A DNA stretch of 64,000 nucleotides from Spirochaetia bacterium (lineage in GTDB: Bacteria > Spirochaetota > Spirochaetia > UBA9216). Position numbers and translations under genes: made by a program. The DNA lies in the NCBI GenBank assembly GCA_963675665.1, contig OY776510.1, forward strand, positions 5,056,001 to 5,120,000. The letters are read 5' to 3'. Shown one piece after another: positions 1 through 9,844 of this stretch. Numbering within the stretch: position 1 is the stretch's first letter; each line of letters begins with the position of its first letter. The notes beneath the pieces were generated by a model, which ran no database searches, was not told the origin of the DNA, and saw only the letters and a program-made list of their open reading frames with translations.

Positions 1-1204
1 AACCGAAATCTATTCCGACGGCATTCGCCGAAGGCCAGCCAGCAATGAAAACGTCTTCCATCCAGCTCCATATGTCAGTTATATTCGAAGCCGCAACGGG
101 AATATAGGCTTTTATTCCCCCGCCTGCAGCAATGGAACTGTTGATTTCGGTAAGCGCGGTTTCAGCAAACTCCGAACCGATCGAAATATCGCTCCATCTA
201 TCAGATACCTGTATGTCGCTTAGATCGATGTCGCTTTGTCCGACAACAAGAGCGCTGCCGGGACTCAGAGAAAAAGCGCTGCCGGTCCGGTTGCGGATAT
301 CATTCAGGGCGCCGGTCATTCTCACTATTGCAGTTCGTATATCGGCTTTGGCATCGGACAGTTTTTTTTCCGCCTCATCGTCAGGATCAAAAAAATCTCC
401 CGAAAAGAAGGATTGTATAAAATTAAAATCCGAAACCTCCCCGTTCAGAAAATCGAGAATTATAAGATTAATATCCGGCAGTATAAACTTGTAAGCCTGT
501 GCGGTCTTAACCAGACTTCTGAACGCCGGAAGGTAAGAAGCAACAATTTCAATTTCAGCTTTCCCGATTACAAGCTGCTGTAATTGCCCGTTGTTATCCT
601 CAATTCGTGTAATATCGCCGGGTATAATAATCTGCGCGTCATCGGAAATACTGTTTATTACATCAAAAACAGACTGAAAACGTTCCTGCAATCCAGTACT
701 CATTACAGTACCGTTATTATCCTGTCCGCTGTTATTGAGAATAAATATCTTAACAGCAGCGACAACCTTTTCCGTAATCTGAATCAGAAAATCCTCCGGA
801 TCAGAACTTAACGATGCATTTACTCCCTGGTAAGTCATTACAAAAAGTTCATCCAGATTTGAAGGATAATTGGCAAGACCGAAACAATCCCGGGCAAGAG
901 ACACTATTTCAGGATCTACCGAAATATTTAAAACTTCAAGAACAGCGTACCCCATAAGGGCCTGATCATTGCTTTCATCATACAGCACAGCTTTTGAGAA
1001 ATCGCTCATCGCCTTTTCAAAATCCCTGTTTTTCAGTGCATCAAAAGCCGAGTTTACAGCCTCTGCGGAAGCTTCGGAATCTTTTGTATAATAAAATGCA
1101 CCATCGGCAGCGTCGTCGGATATTACCCCGTTGTTGCAGGCTGTCAATACAGCGATAATAAAAAATGCCGTCAGTAGCGGTAATATCACCCTTGTCAAGG
1201 CCAT
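1..1204 (-). CDS. Hypothetical lipoprotein, 3' end runs off the window start
   Basis: Absent from the ORF track. Manual translation from ATG 1204 gives MALTRVILPLLTAFFIIAVLTAC-NNG..., a hydrophobic signal with lipobox LTAC; GGAG lies upstream. Only the first ~120 codons were read explicitly. Confidence 0.7.
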   Translation of the reverse strand, partial: MALTRVILPLLTAFFIIAVLTACNNGVISDDAADGAFYYTKDSEASAEAVNSAFDALKNRDFEKAMSDFSKAVLYDESNDQALMGYAVLEVLNISVDPEIVSLARDCFGLANYPSNLDELFVMTYQGVNASLSSDPEDFLIQITEKVVAAVKIFILNNSGQDNNGTVMSTGLQERFQSVFDVINSISDDAQIIIPGDITRIEDNNGQLQQLVIGKAEIEIVASYLPAFRSLVKTAQAYKFILPDINLIILDFLNGEVSDFNFIQSFFSGDFFDPDDEAEKKLSDAKADIRTAIVRMTGALNDIRNRTGSAFSLSPGSALVVGQSDIDLSDIQVSDRWSDISIGSEFAETALTEINSSIAAGGGIKAYIPVAASNITDIWSWMEDVFIAGWPSANAVGIDFG

Positions 1205-1470
1205 AGATTATCTACTCCATTGCTTATATACCAGTTTATCCTTCCGTTCTTCATTATTCAATAATTCCAGGAATAATTATCTCTGCCCCGTATTGGCGTC
1301 CACTCTGCCGATTCCGCTTTGATCTGCTTTTTTTTATAGACAACCGTCCGACAATATGTTACCATAATACCAGTTTGGTGGTAACTTTATAACAATTAAA
1401 TAACAATATTAGTAAATTACTCACATTTATGTGGTAATAAAAATAAAAAACCAAAAAGGAGAGTGATGTA

Positions 1471-2466
1471 ATGAAAAAGCATGCTGGAATTATTATTCTG
1501 TGCATCTGTTTCATGCTGATTGCCCCCGGATTATTTGCCGGCGGACAACAGGAATCCGCGGACGGACAGCTTGAAATTGCAACCGTAGTAAAAATAACCG
1601 GAATACCGTGGTTCAACAGACTTGAAGAAGGTGTAAAACAGGCGGAAAAAGAGCTTGGCGTAAAAGCCTATCAGATTGGTCCTTCAGATGCCGATCCTGC
1701 CCAGCAGGTAAAGATGGTTGAAGATCTAATCAACAAAGGCGTCGACGCCATCTGTATTACACCCAATGATGCCAAAGCTCTGGAGCCGGCATTCAAAAAA
1801 GCAGCGGACAAGGGTATTGCAATTATCACCCATGAATCACCCGATCAGAAAGGCAAAGACTATGATGTAGAGTTGATTGATAATGTTAAATTCGGTCAGC
1901 ACTTCTGGGACATGCTTGTTAAATACATGGGAGATTCAGGGGATTACGCAATTTTTGTCGGCAGCCTGACTGTCCCCCTGCATAACCTGTGGGCCGATGA
2001 AGGCATTAAATACGCTGCAAAGAAGTATCCTAACCTCAACCTTATTACGGAAAGGATCCCCTGTGGGGAAGATCAGGAACTGGCCAAACAGAAAACTCTT
2101 GAGCTGCTCAAGACCTATCCGGATCTTAAAGGTATTGTAGGCTTTGGTAGTTTGGGACCTCCGGGTGCTGCCCAGGCCCTTAAAGAAAAAGGCCTTGACG
2201 GAAAGGTTACAGTAGTCGGAACCGTATTGCCGGATCACGCTGCTCCTTACCTGAAAGAAGGATCAATGCAGCATGGAATTCTGTGGGACCCGAAAGATGC
2301 AGGTTTTGCCATGACATGGATAGCAAAACAGGTTACCGAAGGGAAAACCATTACAAACGGCATGGAGATTCCTGGATTGGGAAAAGTAATGCTTGACGGC
2401 GATGTAATTAAGGTTGATGCTGTTATAGATATTACTAAAGATAATGTAGACAGTTTCGGTTTCTAA
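1471..2466 (+). CDS. Sugar ABC (CUT2) substrate-binding protein, LsrB/AI-2-like family
   Basis: Signal peptide ending AGGQQES; VVKITGIPWFNRLEEG and LWDPKDAG motifs of the LsrB/RhaS-like group; GGAG RBS. Confidence 0.85.
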   Translation: MKKHAGIIILCICFMLIAPGLFAGGQQESADGQLEIATVVKITGIPWFNRLEEGVKQAEKELGVKAYQIGPSDADPAQQVKMVEDLINKGVDAICITPNDAKALEPAFKKAADKGIAIITHESPDQKGKDYDVELIDNVKFGQHFWDMLVKYMGDSGDYAIFVGSLTVPLHNLWADEGIKYAAKKYPNLNLITERIPCGEDQELAKQKTLELLKTYPDLKGIVGFGSLGPPGAAQALKEKGLDGKVTVVGTVLPDHAAPYLKEGSMQHGILWDPKDAGFAMTWIAKQVTEGKTITNGMEIPGLGKVMLDGDVIKVDAVIDITKDNVDSFGF

Positions 2467-2487
2467 TTTTAGCCAGATTAATCTACG

Positions 2488-2518
2488 GCCCCTTTGAGGA
2501 TATCAGAGGGGCTTTTTT
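2488..2518 (+). terminator. Stem-loop with U-tract after the SBP gene
   Basis: gcccctttga-ggata-tcagaggggc followed by tttttt. Confidence 0.7.
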
Positions 2519-2556
2519 ACAGCGTGAATTCGCATATTAACTATACGAGGTAAACA

Positions 2557-4053
2557 ATGGCTTCAGTTTTTCTGGAAATGAAAAATATCAGCAAACGTTA
2601 CGCCGGAGTCCAGGCGCTTGACTCTGTTGATTTCAACATCATGGCGGGAGAAATACACTGCCTTGCCGGCACTAACGGTTCAGGGAAATCCACTATAATT
2701 AAAATAATATCCGGAGTTGAAAAGCCGGATATAGGCTCGGAAATCTATATAGAAGGTGATTTAAGTGTAAACAGGACCTCTATTGATTCCATTTACCAGG
2801 GAATTGAGGTCATTTACCAGGATCTGTCGTTATTTCCGAATCTGACGGTTGCCGAGAACATCGCTTTCACCGATGTTATTGCGGAAAAGAAAAAAGTAAT
2901 CAACCCGGCAGACCATAAAAAAACTGCCGCCGCCGCCATGGCCCGTATAGGCGTCAGGATACCGCTGTCGGCAAAAGTGGAAGAACTGTCTATTGCTGAT
3001 CAGCAGCTTGTAGCAATCTGCCGTGCTCTGACAGGAGACCTGAAACTGCTTATAATGGATGAACCAACAACAGCGCTTACAAGGAAAGAAGTAAACTCCC
3101 TTCTTGCCGTTGTTTCCGATTTAAAAACCAAAGGCATTTCCACCATGTTCGTAAGCCATAAACTCGACGAGGTAATGGAGATAGCTGAGAGAGTAACCGT
3201 TCTTCGGGACGGAAAGAAGATTGGCACATGGCCGGCATCTGAGCTTGACAGCAGAAAACTGGAATTCCAGATGACAGGGGAAAACTTTGAGTACACCCAT
3301 AATAAAGAGGTTGTGTCCGGAAAAGAGCCTGTATTAAAAATTGAGACCCTGTCAAAAAAGGATAACTTCAGAAACATCTCTTTGGACGTCTTTCCGGGAG
3401 AAATCGTCGGAATAACCGGGCTTCTGGGCTCGGGCCGAACCGAACTTGCAATGTCGATATTCGGGATGAATCCGGCTGACAGCGGAACAATAACGCTCGA
3501 CGGGAAAAAACTCAGATTAAAGTCGGTAAAAGATGCTGTAAAACACGGCATTGCCTATGTTCCGGAAAACAGGCTTGTTCAGGGATTGGTAATGGAACAG
3601 TCGGTATCAAAAAATACCATAATTACGGTTATTGATAGACTGCTGAAAAAGACGGGTCTTATTGATCATTCGAACAAGAATAGTAAAATCAACGAGCTGG
3701 TTGAAAAGTTCAAAATAAAAGTCCCGTCAATCGACGCACCGGTGTCTACACTTTCGGGAGGGAACCAGCAGCGCGTGGTCCTTGCGAAATGGATTGCAAC
3801 AAACCCTAAGCTGCTTATCCTGGATGGGCCGACAGTCGGAATTGATGTTGCCGCAAAGGGAAGCATCCATGAATCCATCAAACAACTTGCGGATGAAGGC
3901 CTCGGCGTAATAGTGATTTCAGATGAAGTCCCTGAAGTAATGAACAGCTGTCACCGGATCTTCGTCATGAATCGCGGAGAATTTATCAGGGAATTCATCA
4001 CACGGGATGTAGCCGAACAGGAAATTCTTGACTGCATTTCGCAGGCCGGTTAA
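2557..4053 (+). CDS. Sugar ABC ATP-binding protein (two fused ABC domains, RbsA/MglA type)
   Basis: GTNGSGKS Walker A, MDEPT, LSGGNQQ signature. Confidence 0.92.
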   Translation: MASVFLEMKNISKRYAGVQALDSVDFNIMAGEIHCLAGTNGSGKSTIIKIISGVEKPDIGSEIYIEGDLSVNRTSIDSIYQGIEVIYQDLSLFPNLTVAENIAFTDVIAEKKKVINPADHKKTAAAAMARIGVRIPLSAKVEELSIADQQLVAICRALTGDLKLLIMDEPTTALTRKEVNSLLAVVSDLKTKGISTMFVSHKLDEVMEIAERVTVLRDGKKIGTWPASELDSRKLEFQMTGENFEYTHNKEVVSGKEPVLKIETLSKKDNFRNISLDVFPGEIVGITGLLGSGRTELAMSIFGMNPADSGTITLDGKKLRLKSVKDAVKHGIAYVPENRLVQGLVMEQSVSKNTIITVIDRLLKKTGLIDHSNKNSKINELVEKFKIKVPSIDAPVSTLSGGNQQRVVLAKWIATNPKLLILDGPTVGIDVAAKGSIHESIKQLADEGLGVIVISDEVPEVMNSCHRIFVMNRGEFIREFITRDVAEQEILDCISQAG

Positions 4054-4064
4054 GGGAGGATTAA

Positions 4065-5078
4065 ATGAAAAAACTGTTGAAACACCATGAAACCTATCTT
4101 GTAATAATCATTATTCTTTTATCCGCGATTATAACCTCCCGGAACCCAAACTTTTTCACATCCGAGAACATGTTTGATTTGCTGAAAAGCAACTCATTTA
4201 CGGGTATTCTTGCTATCGGGGTGCTCTTTGTACTTATAAGCGGCGGTATAGACATTTCGTTTGCCGCAACGGCAACTGTTGCCGAGTATATCACTGCACT
4301 GGTCATCATAAATCTGGGCGGCAATATTATTGCCGCAATACTGATAGCCGTTATCATAGGAAGCATCCTTGGGTTTATAAACGGCCTGCTTGTATATAAC
4401 TTTAAAATTCCGTCTATTATTACAACAATTGCCACAATGAACATTTACTACGGCCTGTTGACCTTTATCACGGGCGGAAAGTGGATATATTCACTACCTG
4501 ACTGGTTCAGGAATTTCGCACAGATAAGGCTTCTTACATTCTACAATGCAGACGGAATACCCTACGGGTTGTCGATTATCACATTTATCTGGATTCTTGT
4601 TGTTATTGCGGCAGTAATTATACTGCGCTTCACTATTCTGGGACGCAGCATCTATGCTGCAGGCGGAGACCGAAAGGCTGCAGTCCGGGCCGGTATAAAC
4701 GTATTTTTTACCGAAACCTTTGTCTATACCTTTATGGGTTTTCTGGCCGGGCTTGCCGGCGTTGTTCAGGCGCTTCTGGTGCAGACTGTTGCGCCGAATT
4801 CAATTGTAGGCAAAGAACTGAACGTTATCGCGGCTGTTGTTCTGGGCGGAGCAAGCCTGTCCGGGGGTAAAGGAAGCGTTATTGGGGCCCTGCTTGGAGT
4901 GGCGCTGCTGGCAATTCTTAAAAACGGAATGACTTTAATGGCGGTCCCGCCTGTATGGTACGAATTTCTGGTCGGAGTAGTTATTCTTATAAGCATAGGG
5001 TTCAGCTCATGGCAGGCCAAGATGAAATCAAGAAATACATCGGTAATTGAATTACTTCCCGGGGAGGCAGCTGAATGA
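4065..5078 (+). CDS. Sugar ABC permease (RbsC family)
   Basis: GGIDIS and IAAVVLGGASLSGGKG motifs; highly hydrophobic. Confidence 0.9.
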   Translation: MKKLLKHHETYLVIIIILLSAIITSRNPNFFTSENMFDLLKSNSFTGILAIGVLFVLISGGIDISFAATATVAEYITALVIINLGGNIIAAILIAVIIGSILGFINGLLVYNFKIPSIITTIATMNIYYGLLTFITGGKWIYSLPDWFRNFAQIRLLTFYNADGIPYGLSIITFIWILVVIAAVIILRFTILGRSIYAAGGDRKAAVRAGINVFFTETFVYTFMGFLAGLAGVVQALLVQTVAPNSIVGKELNVIAAVVLGGASLSGGKGSVIGALLGVALLAILKNGMTLMAVPPVWYEFLVGVVILISIGFSSWQAKMKSRNTSVIELLPGEAAE

Positions 5079-6076
5079 AAACCATGCTTAACAAAATGAA
5101 CAACGAAATGAAGATTTTAAGCCTGATCCTTGCTTTTGCATTTTTACTCATGGCCGTGCTCAGTCCGGGCCACTTCCTTAGACTCGGCACTTTTCAGGGA
5201 ATGGCATTCCAGCTGCCCGAGCTTGGACTGCTGTCGCTTGCCATGATGATTACAATGCTCACAGGAGGAATCAACCTGTCGATCATTGCAACAGCCAATA
5301 TTTCTGCCATTTTGTCCGCAATGATCCTGGTAAACAACGTTAATCCTGAAGCAGCAGCAGCCGCAGACGGATGGTATATTCTGCTTGCCGTTCTTACGGC
5401 GCTTGCCGTGTCGGTTGTTATAGGATTGTTTAACGGCATCCTGATATCAGTTATTAATATTCCGCCCATCCTGGCAACCCTTGGCACAATGAAACTGCTT
5501 CAGGGGCTTGCGTTCATTATTACAAAGGGATATGTAATATCAGGCATGCCGAATGCAATAAGTTTTATCGGCAACGGGACAATTGCGGCGGTGCCCTTCC
5601 CGCTGCTCATTTTTATCCTCTTTGCGGCAATAATGTCTGTTTACCTTAATCATACATCAACCGGATTCAATATCTTCATGTACGGCTCCAACCCGGTTGC
5701 CACCTTTTTCTCCGGAACGGACAATACGAAAGTAATAATCCAAACCTATATAATGTCAGGGCTGTACTGTGGAGTCGCCGCGCTTGTAATGATGTCCAGG
5801 TTCAATTCAGCGAAAGCCGGTTACGGTGAATCTTATCTGCTGGTCACAATTCTTGCGGCTGTTTTAGGAGGAGTAAAAAGCGAAGGCGGGTTCGGACAGG
5901 TCTCGGGTCTTGTATTGTCCCTTATCATACTACAGATAATTTCCAACGGACTGAACCTGCTGGGCGTCAGCTCCTTCATGACCATTGCTATCTGGGGACT
6001 GATAATGATAGGCGCCATGGTTATTCACTTTCTGGTTGAGAAAAGAAACCGGTACAAACTCAGTTTAAACCGCTAA
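5075..6076 (+). CDS. Sugar ABC permease (RbsC family)
   Basis: GGINLS and ILAAVLGG motifs; ATGA overlap with previous gene. Confidence 0.9.
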   Translation: MKTMLNKMNNEMKILSLILAFAFLLMAVLSPGHFLRLGTFQGMAFQLPELGLLSLAMMITMLTGGINLSIIATANISAILSAMILVNNVNPEAAAAADGWYILLAVLTALAVSVVIGLFNGILISVINIPPILATLGTMKLLQGLAFIITKGYVISGMPNAISFIGNGTIAAVPFPLLIFILFAAIMSVYLNHTSTGFNIFMYGSNPVATFFSGTDNTKVIIQTYIMSGLYCGVAALVMMSRFNSAKAGYGESYLLVTILAAVLGGVKSEGGFGQVSGLVLSLIILQIISNGLNLLGVSSFMTIAIWGLIMIGAMVIHFLVEKRNRYKLSLNR

Positions 6077-6104
6077 CGCGGGTTTATTCAGCAGACAAGC
6101 TGAT

Positions 6105-6152
6105 AAGGAGACCGTACAGATATGAAGAATATCGGAACGGTCTCCTTTTTTT
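6105..6152 (+). terminator. Intrinsic terminator between convergent units
   Basis: aaggagaccgt...acggtctcctt inverted repeat followed by a T run. Confidence 0.75.
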
Positions 6153-6180
6153 GTTTTACACTAATGATAAATCTAAATTT

Positions 6181-6666
6181 TTAAAATCTAAATCCGTACG
6201 TGAGGGTTAAATTCGGTATAAAATCCAAATCAAATCCTGTCTTATCCGGAGATATTATAAACGGAATACCGCCTCCTCCTTTCAGAGAAATTCTATGATT
6301 CGGATTTATTTTATAATAAAATCCGGCAGCAAGACCTGAACTGAGCATTGTCTCCGGCCCGGGTTCAGTAAAAACAGTAAACCCGTCAATTAAACCGAAA
6401 AGCAGTTCAGCACCAAACCTGTTCGCATTTGGAGTAATATTCCAAACGCCCGTTAAATCATATAAAAGAACCAGATCCCCTTCGAATGAAAAGATGTTGC
6501 TTCCGATTCCGGTTCTTATTGCAATACTGTTGTTCAGAGAATATTGAAGTCCCAATTCGATTCTTATATCATAACCCGTGGTTACCTGAAACTCCAGTTT
6601 ATCTTCGGCTGCTGCTGCAGAACATAGAACCAATCCAATAGCTAAAATAAATATTATTTTTTTCAC
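6181..6666 (-). CDS. Hypothetical secreted protein, possible small outer-membrane beta-barrel
   Basis: Likely GTG start at 6666 after AGGAG; signal peptide KKIIFILAIGLVLCSAAAA; alternating beta pattern; C-terminal YGFRF. Confidence 0.6.
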   Translation of the reverse strand: MKKIIFILAIGLVLCSAAAAEDKLEFQVTTGYDIRIELGLQYSLNNSIAIRTGIGSNIFSFEGDLVLLYDLTGVWNITPNANRFGAELLFGLIDGFTVFTEPGPETMLSSGLAAGFYYKINPNHRISLKGGGGIPFIISPDKTGFDLDFIPNLTLTYGFRF

Positions 6667-6825
6667 ATTTTCTCCTAATATTAATAAATAGATTATAGGC
6701 ATATCTAATTTCCCCAAATTGGGCTTGATCAGCAATTTACTTCTTATTATTTCTTTCCTGTTAGATAAGAATTTACATCAGTAATCCTCCTTGTTTATTA
6801 TTTTTACTCTACGATTTCACGCTTT

Positions 6826-7047
6826 TCAGAAACGGCCTATACATATAAGAAAAACTCCCAAAATGAGTAAAAGCATGTTCCTGCCCAGAAATATCAAATT
6901 CGCGGATTTTCTTCCAAAACGATTTCTTAACGAAACCAGACCGAAAAACATGTCCGGGAAAAACACCTGCAGCAGAGTCAGCGCCGAAAAGAAAACTATG
7001 ACGATAATTCCGAAGATCTTTAAAATCACTCTCAGTACTTCATTCAT
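6826..7047 (-). CDS. Small hypothetical membrane protein (2 TM)
   Basis: Two hydrophobic stretches; starts 4 nt after the upstream stop, AGGAG RBS. Confidence 0.55.
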   Translation of the reverse strand: MNEVLRVILKIFGIIVIVFFSALTLLQVFFPDMFFGLVSLRNRFGRKSANLIFLGRNMLLLILGVFLICIGRF

Positions 7048-7050
7048 TTT

Positions 7051-8439
7051 TTACTCCTGGCCTGTTTCCGCTGTCCTGAATGTTAATGACCGCAGACCTG
7101 AATTTATTTTCATCCATTCGCTTGTTGCGGTTATTTTAACTTTTGTGAATTTGTTATTTTCAGATAAATTTAAATGAGATTTCAGCCACGTCTTAACACT
7201 ATCCGGGTAACTGTTAAAATTTTCCAAAAGATTACCGGGCACCTCAACTGCCCCTGTATATTTCCTTGGGTTCTTATCAAGCCCTGGAGATCTTTTTTTC
7301 AATCTTACGGTTCCGACTGAATGAATTTTCAGATTGATGTTTTTAGCCTGTCCAAATGATATTACAAAATCAGCAGGCGTACAGTAACAGTGAAACTCAT
7401 TAATCCTTATTGAAAAATCACGGTACTTTTTCAGGTAATTATAGTACTCACCACGACCGGAATCATCCATGGAGCTGTCATACGGCCTGTTTTCCAGAAA
7501 CTTTCCGGCAAGAGGCAGGTTTGTTATATGAAATTTCCATTCAGCATCGGAAATGTGTTTTTCATAAAATCCGGTTTCACCATTTCTGTTCAGGCCTTCA
7601 ACCCTGAGCACACGATCTGTGCAATATGTTCCGACTTTAAAAATAGTAATACAATCTGTAATCTGCGCATCGCCTCCTGATGTATCAATTTTAGGCTGCA
7701 TTTTCCAGTCTTCAGCGGGAAGCTGCCATTTGGGATTATCCTTTCCCCTCTGGTCCTCGTAGCTGTAGTCGATTGGATAATAAATATTGTGGTACCCTGA
7801 TATATCAAAATCATACAGACGGGTAAACATATCGCCAAATTTATTCATGATAAAATGAGTAGAACCGCTGCTGCTCATTGCTGCCGCGACAAACCTGCCC
7901 CTGTAAGGCAACCCAATCTCATAGCTGTAATCCGCCGGCAGCCACGGGTCATTGAAAATCAGGTGCCTGCCTGCATTGTCAAGAATGATCAGATGCGCAC
8001 AGCTTATTTCGTTTTTCGGCGGCTGTCCCTGATGATTGCCGGCTGGATCGGTATACATAATGTCTTCCGGCGTTGATACAACAGATATATCCCAGGACAG
8101 GATATCTTCCCTGATATTAAATCCGAAGCCCTGGGCAAAAGGGAATCCCCAGCGGTCCGTCCAGAAAAAATCCTCAACAGGCCCTCGAGCATCATCCATC
8201 CTGTAAAGTCTGCGGTTACTATCTATTGCAATCATTTGCCTGCCGTCGATGGCAATTTCAGATACACTTCCATCAAGATCTTTCGGCAGCGTCATTTTTT
8301 CCCAGGGACCGTCGCCGCCGTCGAGGTCCTGATTTGGTTTGATATAGATACTTCCGTCCAGAATTGCTGTGTAGTAACGGGAATTGAATGTATATTTACC
8401 GGTCCTGAAATAGAACCTTTCCGGAAGATCAATCTTCAT
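7051..8439 (-). CDS. Hypothetical protein of unknown function
   Basis: 462-aa ORF in operon context; rich in Trp, Asp and Pro; no recognised motif. Confidence 0.75.
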   Translation of the reverse strand: MKIDLPERFYFRTGKYTFNSRYYTAILDGSIYIKPNQDLDGGDGPWEKMTLPKDLDGSVSEIAIDGRQMIAIDSNRRLYRMDDARGPVEDFFWTDRWGFPFAQGFGFNIREDILSWDISVVSTPEDIMYTDPAGNHQGQPPKNEISCAHLIILDNAGRHLIFNDPWLPADYSYEIGLPYRGRFVAAAMSSSGSTHFIMNKFGDMFTRLYDFDISGYHNIYYPIDYSYEDQRGKDNPKWQLPAEDWKMQPKIDTSGGDAQITDCITIFKVGTYCTDRVLRVEGLNRNGETGFYEKHISDAEWKFHITNLPLAGKFLENRPYDSSMDDSGRGEYYNYLKKYRDFSIRINEFHCYCTPADFVISFGQAKNINLKIHSVGTVRLKKRSPGLDKNPRKYTGAVEVPGNLLENFNSYPDSVKTWLKSHLNLSENNKFTKVKITATSEWMKINSGLRSLTFRTAETGQE

Positions 8440-8463
8440 GAATGCCCCTGAATTCCTTTAATT

Positions 8464-9828
8464 TTAATTATTTATATCCTCTTTGATCTTCTCATAGTTC
8501 TCCGGATTGATTGGAAAAAATGAGACCACAACAGTTCCGATTATCAACAGAGCAGAAGGCAGAAGCGTAAACAATGCGGTAATTCCGAATTTTACATCAG
8601 CAGGCTGTTCAACATTGGCTACGTAACCTATCAACTCCAGAATATAACCGACTGAATATCCGGCTATTGCAGAACCGAGCTTGAAAACAAAATAAAAGAC
8701 TCCGTAGATCGGACCCTCATAATTATGTCCTGATTTCAGCTTTGAATACTCCACCGTATCCGGCAGCATTGACCAGGGTGAAAGCCAGTTTGTTGAAAGA
8801 CCTACGCCTCCGAAAATCAGAAGAGGCAGAATCATCGGAATTGAGGAAGCGCTAATTTTTATTTCCCTGTCGCCGACAAAAAAGATCACAATTAGGGCAA
8901 TTACAACCATACTCATTCCGATAATATACGGTTTTTTCTTTCCCAATCTCGAAGACAGTTTTACAAACAGGGGAATACTTATTGCCGCAGATACAAACAG
9001 GCTCAGCAGCGCCGCTGATGTAAGTTCTTCCCTGAGCAGGCAATACTTGAAGTAATAGGCAATCAGAATGGCCATTATTCCCGTTGCGGTCATTACAAGG
9101 AGCAGGGCTGTCGTCAGAATAATAAACGGTTTGTTTATCGAAAGGGCCCTGAGTATCTCCTTTATACCGCTTTTCCTTCTCTTTTCGACTGTATTTCGCT
9201 CTTTTACCGTCAGAAACGTTACAATGGTTACAATACCGATTGCCAACCCGTATACTATCCCGGTTCTTCTGAACCCCTGGACCTGGCTTCCGTTTCCCAG
9301 AACGGATACCAGCAAAAGCGTGACGCCTGCAGCGGTCAGGGTCCCAATAATCCCCAAAAAGACCCTGTAACCCGTTATAACCGAACGTTCATGATAGTCA
9401 TCCGTCATTACCGGCGTTAAAGCCAGGTACGGGACATTGACAACCGTAACCGCCGTGCTGAAAAATGTAAAAGTCAGTAATGCATATATTATTCTGCCCA
9501 GCTCATTCAGATCCGGCGACATGAAAAGAAGAAATACCGACAGCCCCAGGGGAGCGGCCCCGAATAACAGATAAGGCCTTTTGCCGCCCCATCTGCTTGA
9601 TGTATTGCCGACAATATAACCCATAACTGGATCGGTTAAAGCGTCCCAGATTTTTGAAAAAAGAAATATGCCGCCTGCAACGGCAGGTGAAAGCCGGAAA
9701 ACATCCGTATAAAAAAACAGAAGATAAAAAGCCACAACCTGGAAAGCCAGATTAGCCCCGAAATCTCCGACTGCGTACCCGAGCCTGGTTTTCATACCAA
9801 GTTTATATGTACCGACTGCATTATTCAT
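8464..9828 (-). CDS. GPH-family (MelB-like) MFS symporter
   Basis: GDFGAN, WDALTDP, RWGGKRPYLLFG, PDTVEY motifs. Confidence 0.9.
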   Translation of the reverse strand: MNNAVGTYKLGMKTRLGYAVGDFGANLAFQVVAFYLLFFYTDVFRLSPAVAGGIFLFSKIWDALTDPVMGYIVGNTSSRWGGKRPYLLFGAAPLGLSVFLLFMSPDLNELGRIIYALLTFTFFSTAVTVVNVPYLALTPVMTDDYHERSVITGYRVFLGIIGTLTAAGVTLLLVSVLGNGSQVQGFRRTGIVYGLAIGIVTIVTFLTVKERNTVEKRRKSGIKEILRALSINKPFIILTTALLLVMTATGIMAILIAYYFKYCLLREELTSAALLSLFVSAAISIPLFVKLSSRLGKKKPYIIGMSMVVIALIVIFFVGDREIKISASSIPMILPLLIFGGVGLSTNWLSPWSMLPDTVEYSKLKSGHNYEGPIYGVFYFVFKLGSAIAGYSVGYILELIGYVANVEQPADVKFGITALFTLLPSALLIIGTVVVSFFPINPENYEKIKEDINN

Positions 9829-9844
9829 TTTTTATTCTCCATGT

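Noticed and set aside
132-1322. Several plus-strand ORFs of 63-120 aa
   Set aside because: Antisense to, or overlapping the start of, the minus-strand lipoprotein beginning at 1204; no RBS or motifs
3810-3845. Walker B of the second ABC domain reads LDGPT instead of LDEPT
   Set aside because: One degenerate nucleotide site is normal in fused CUT2 sugar ATPases; not evidence of a pseudogene
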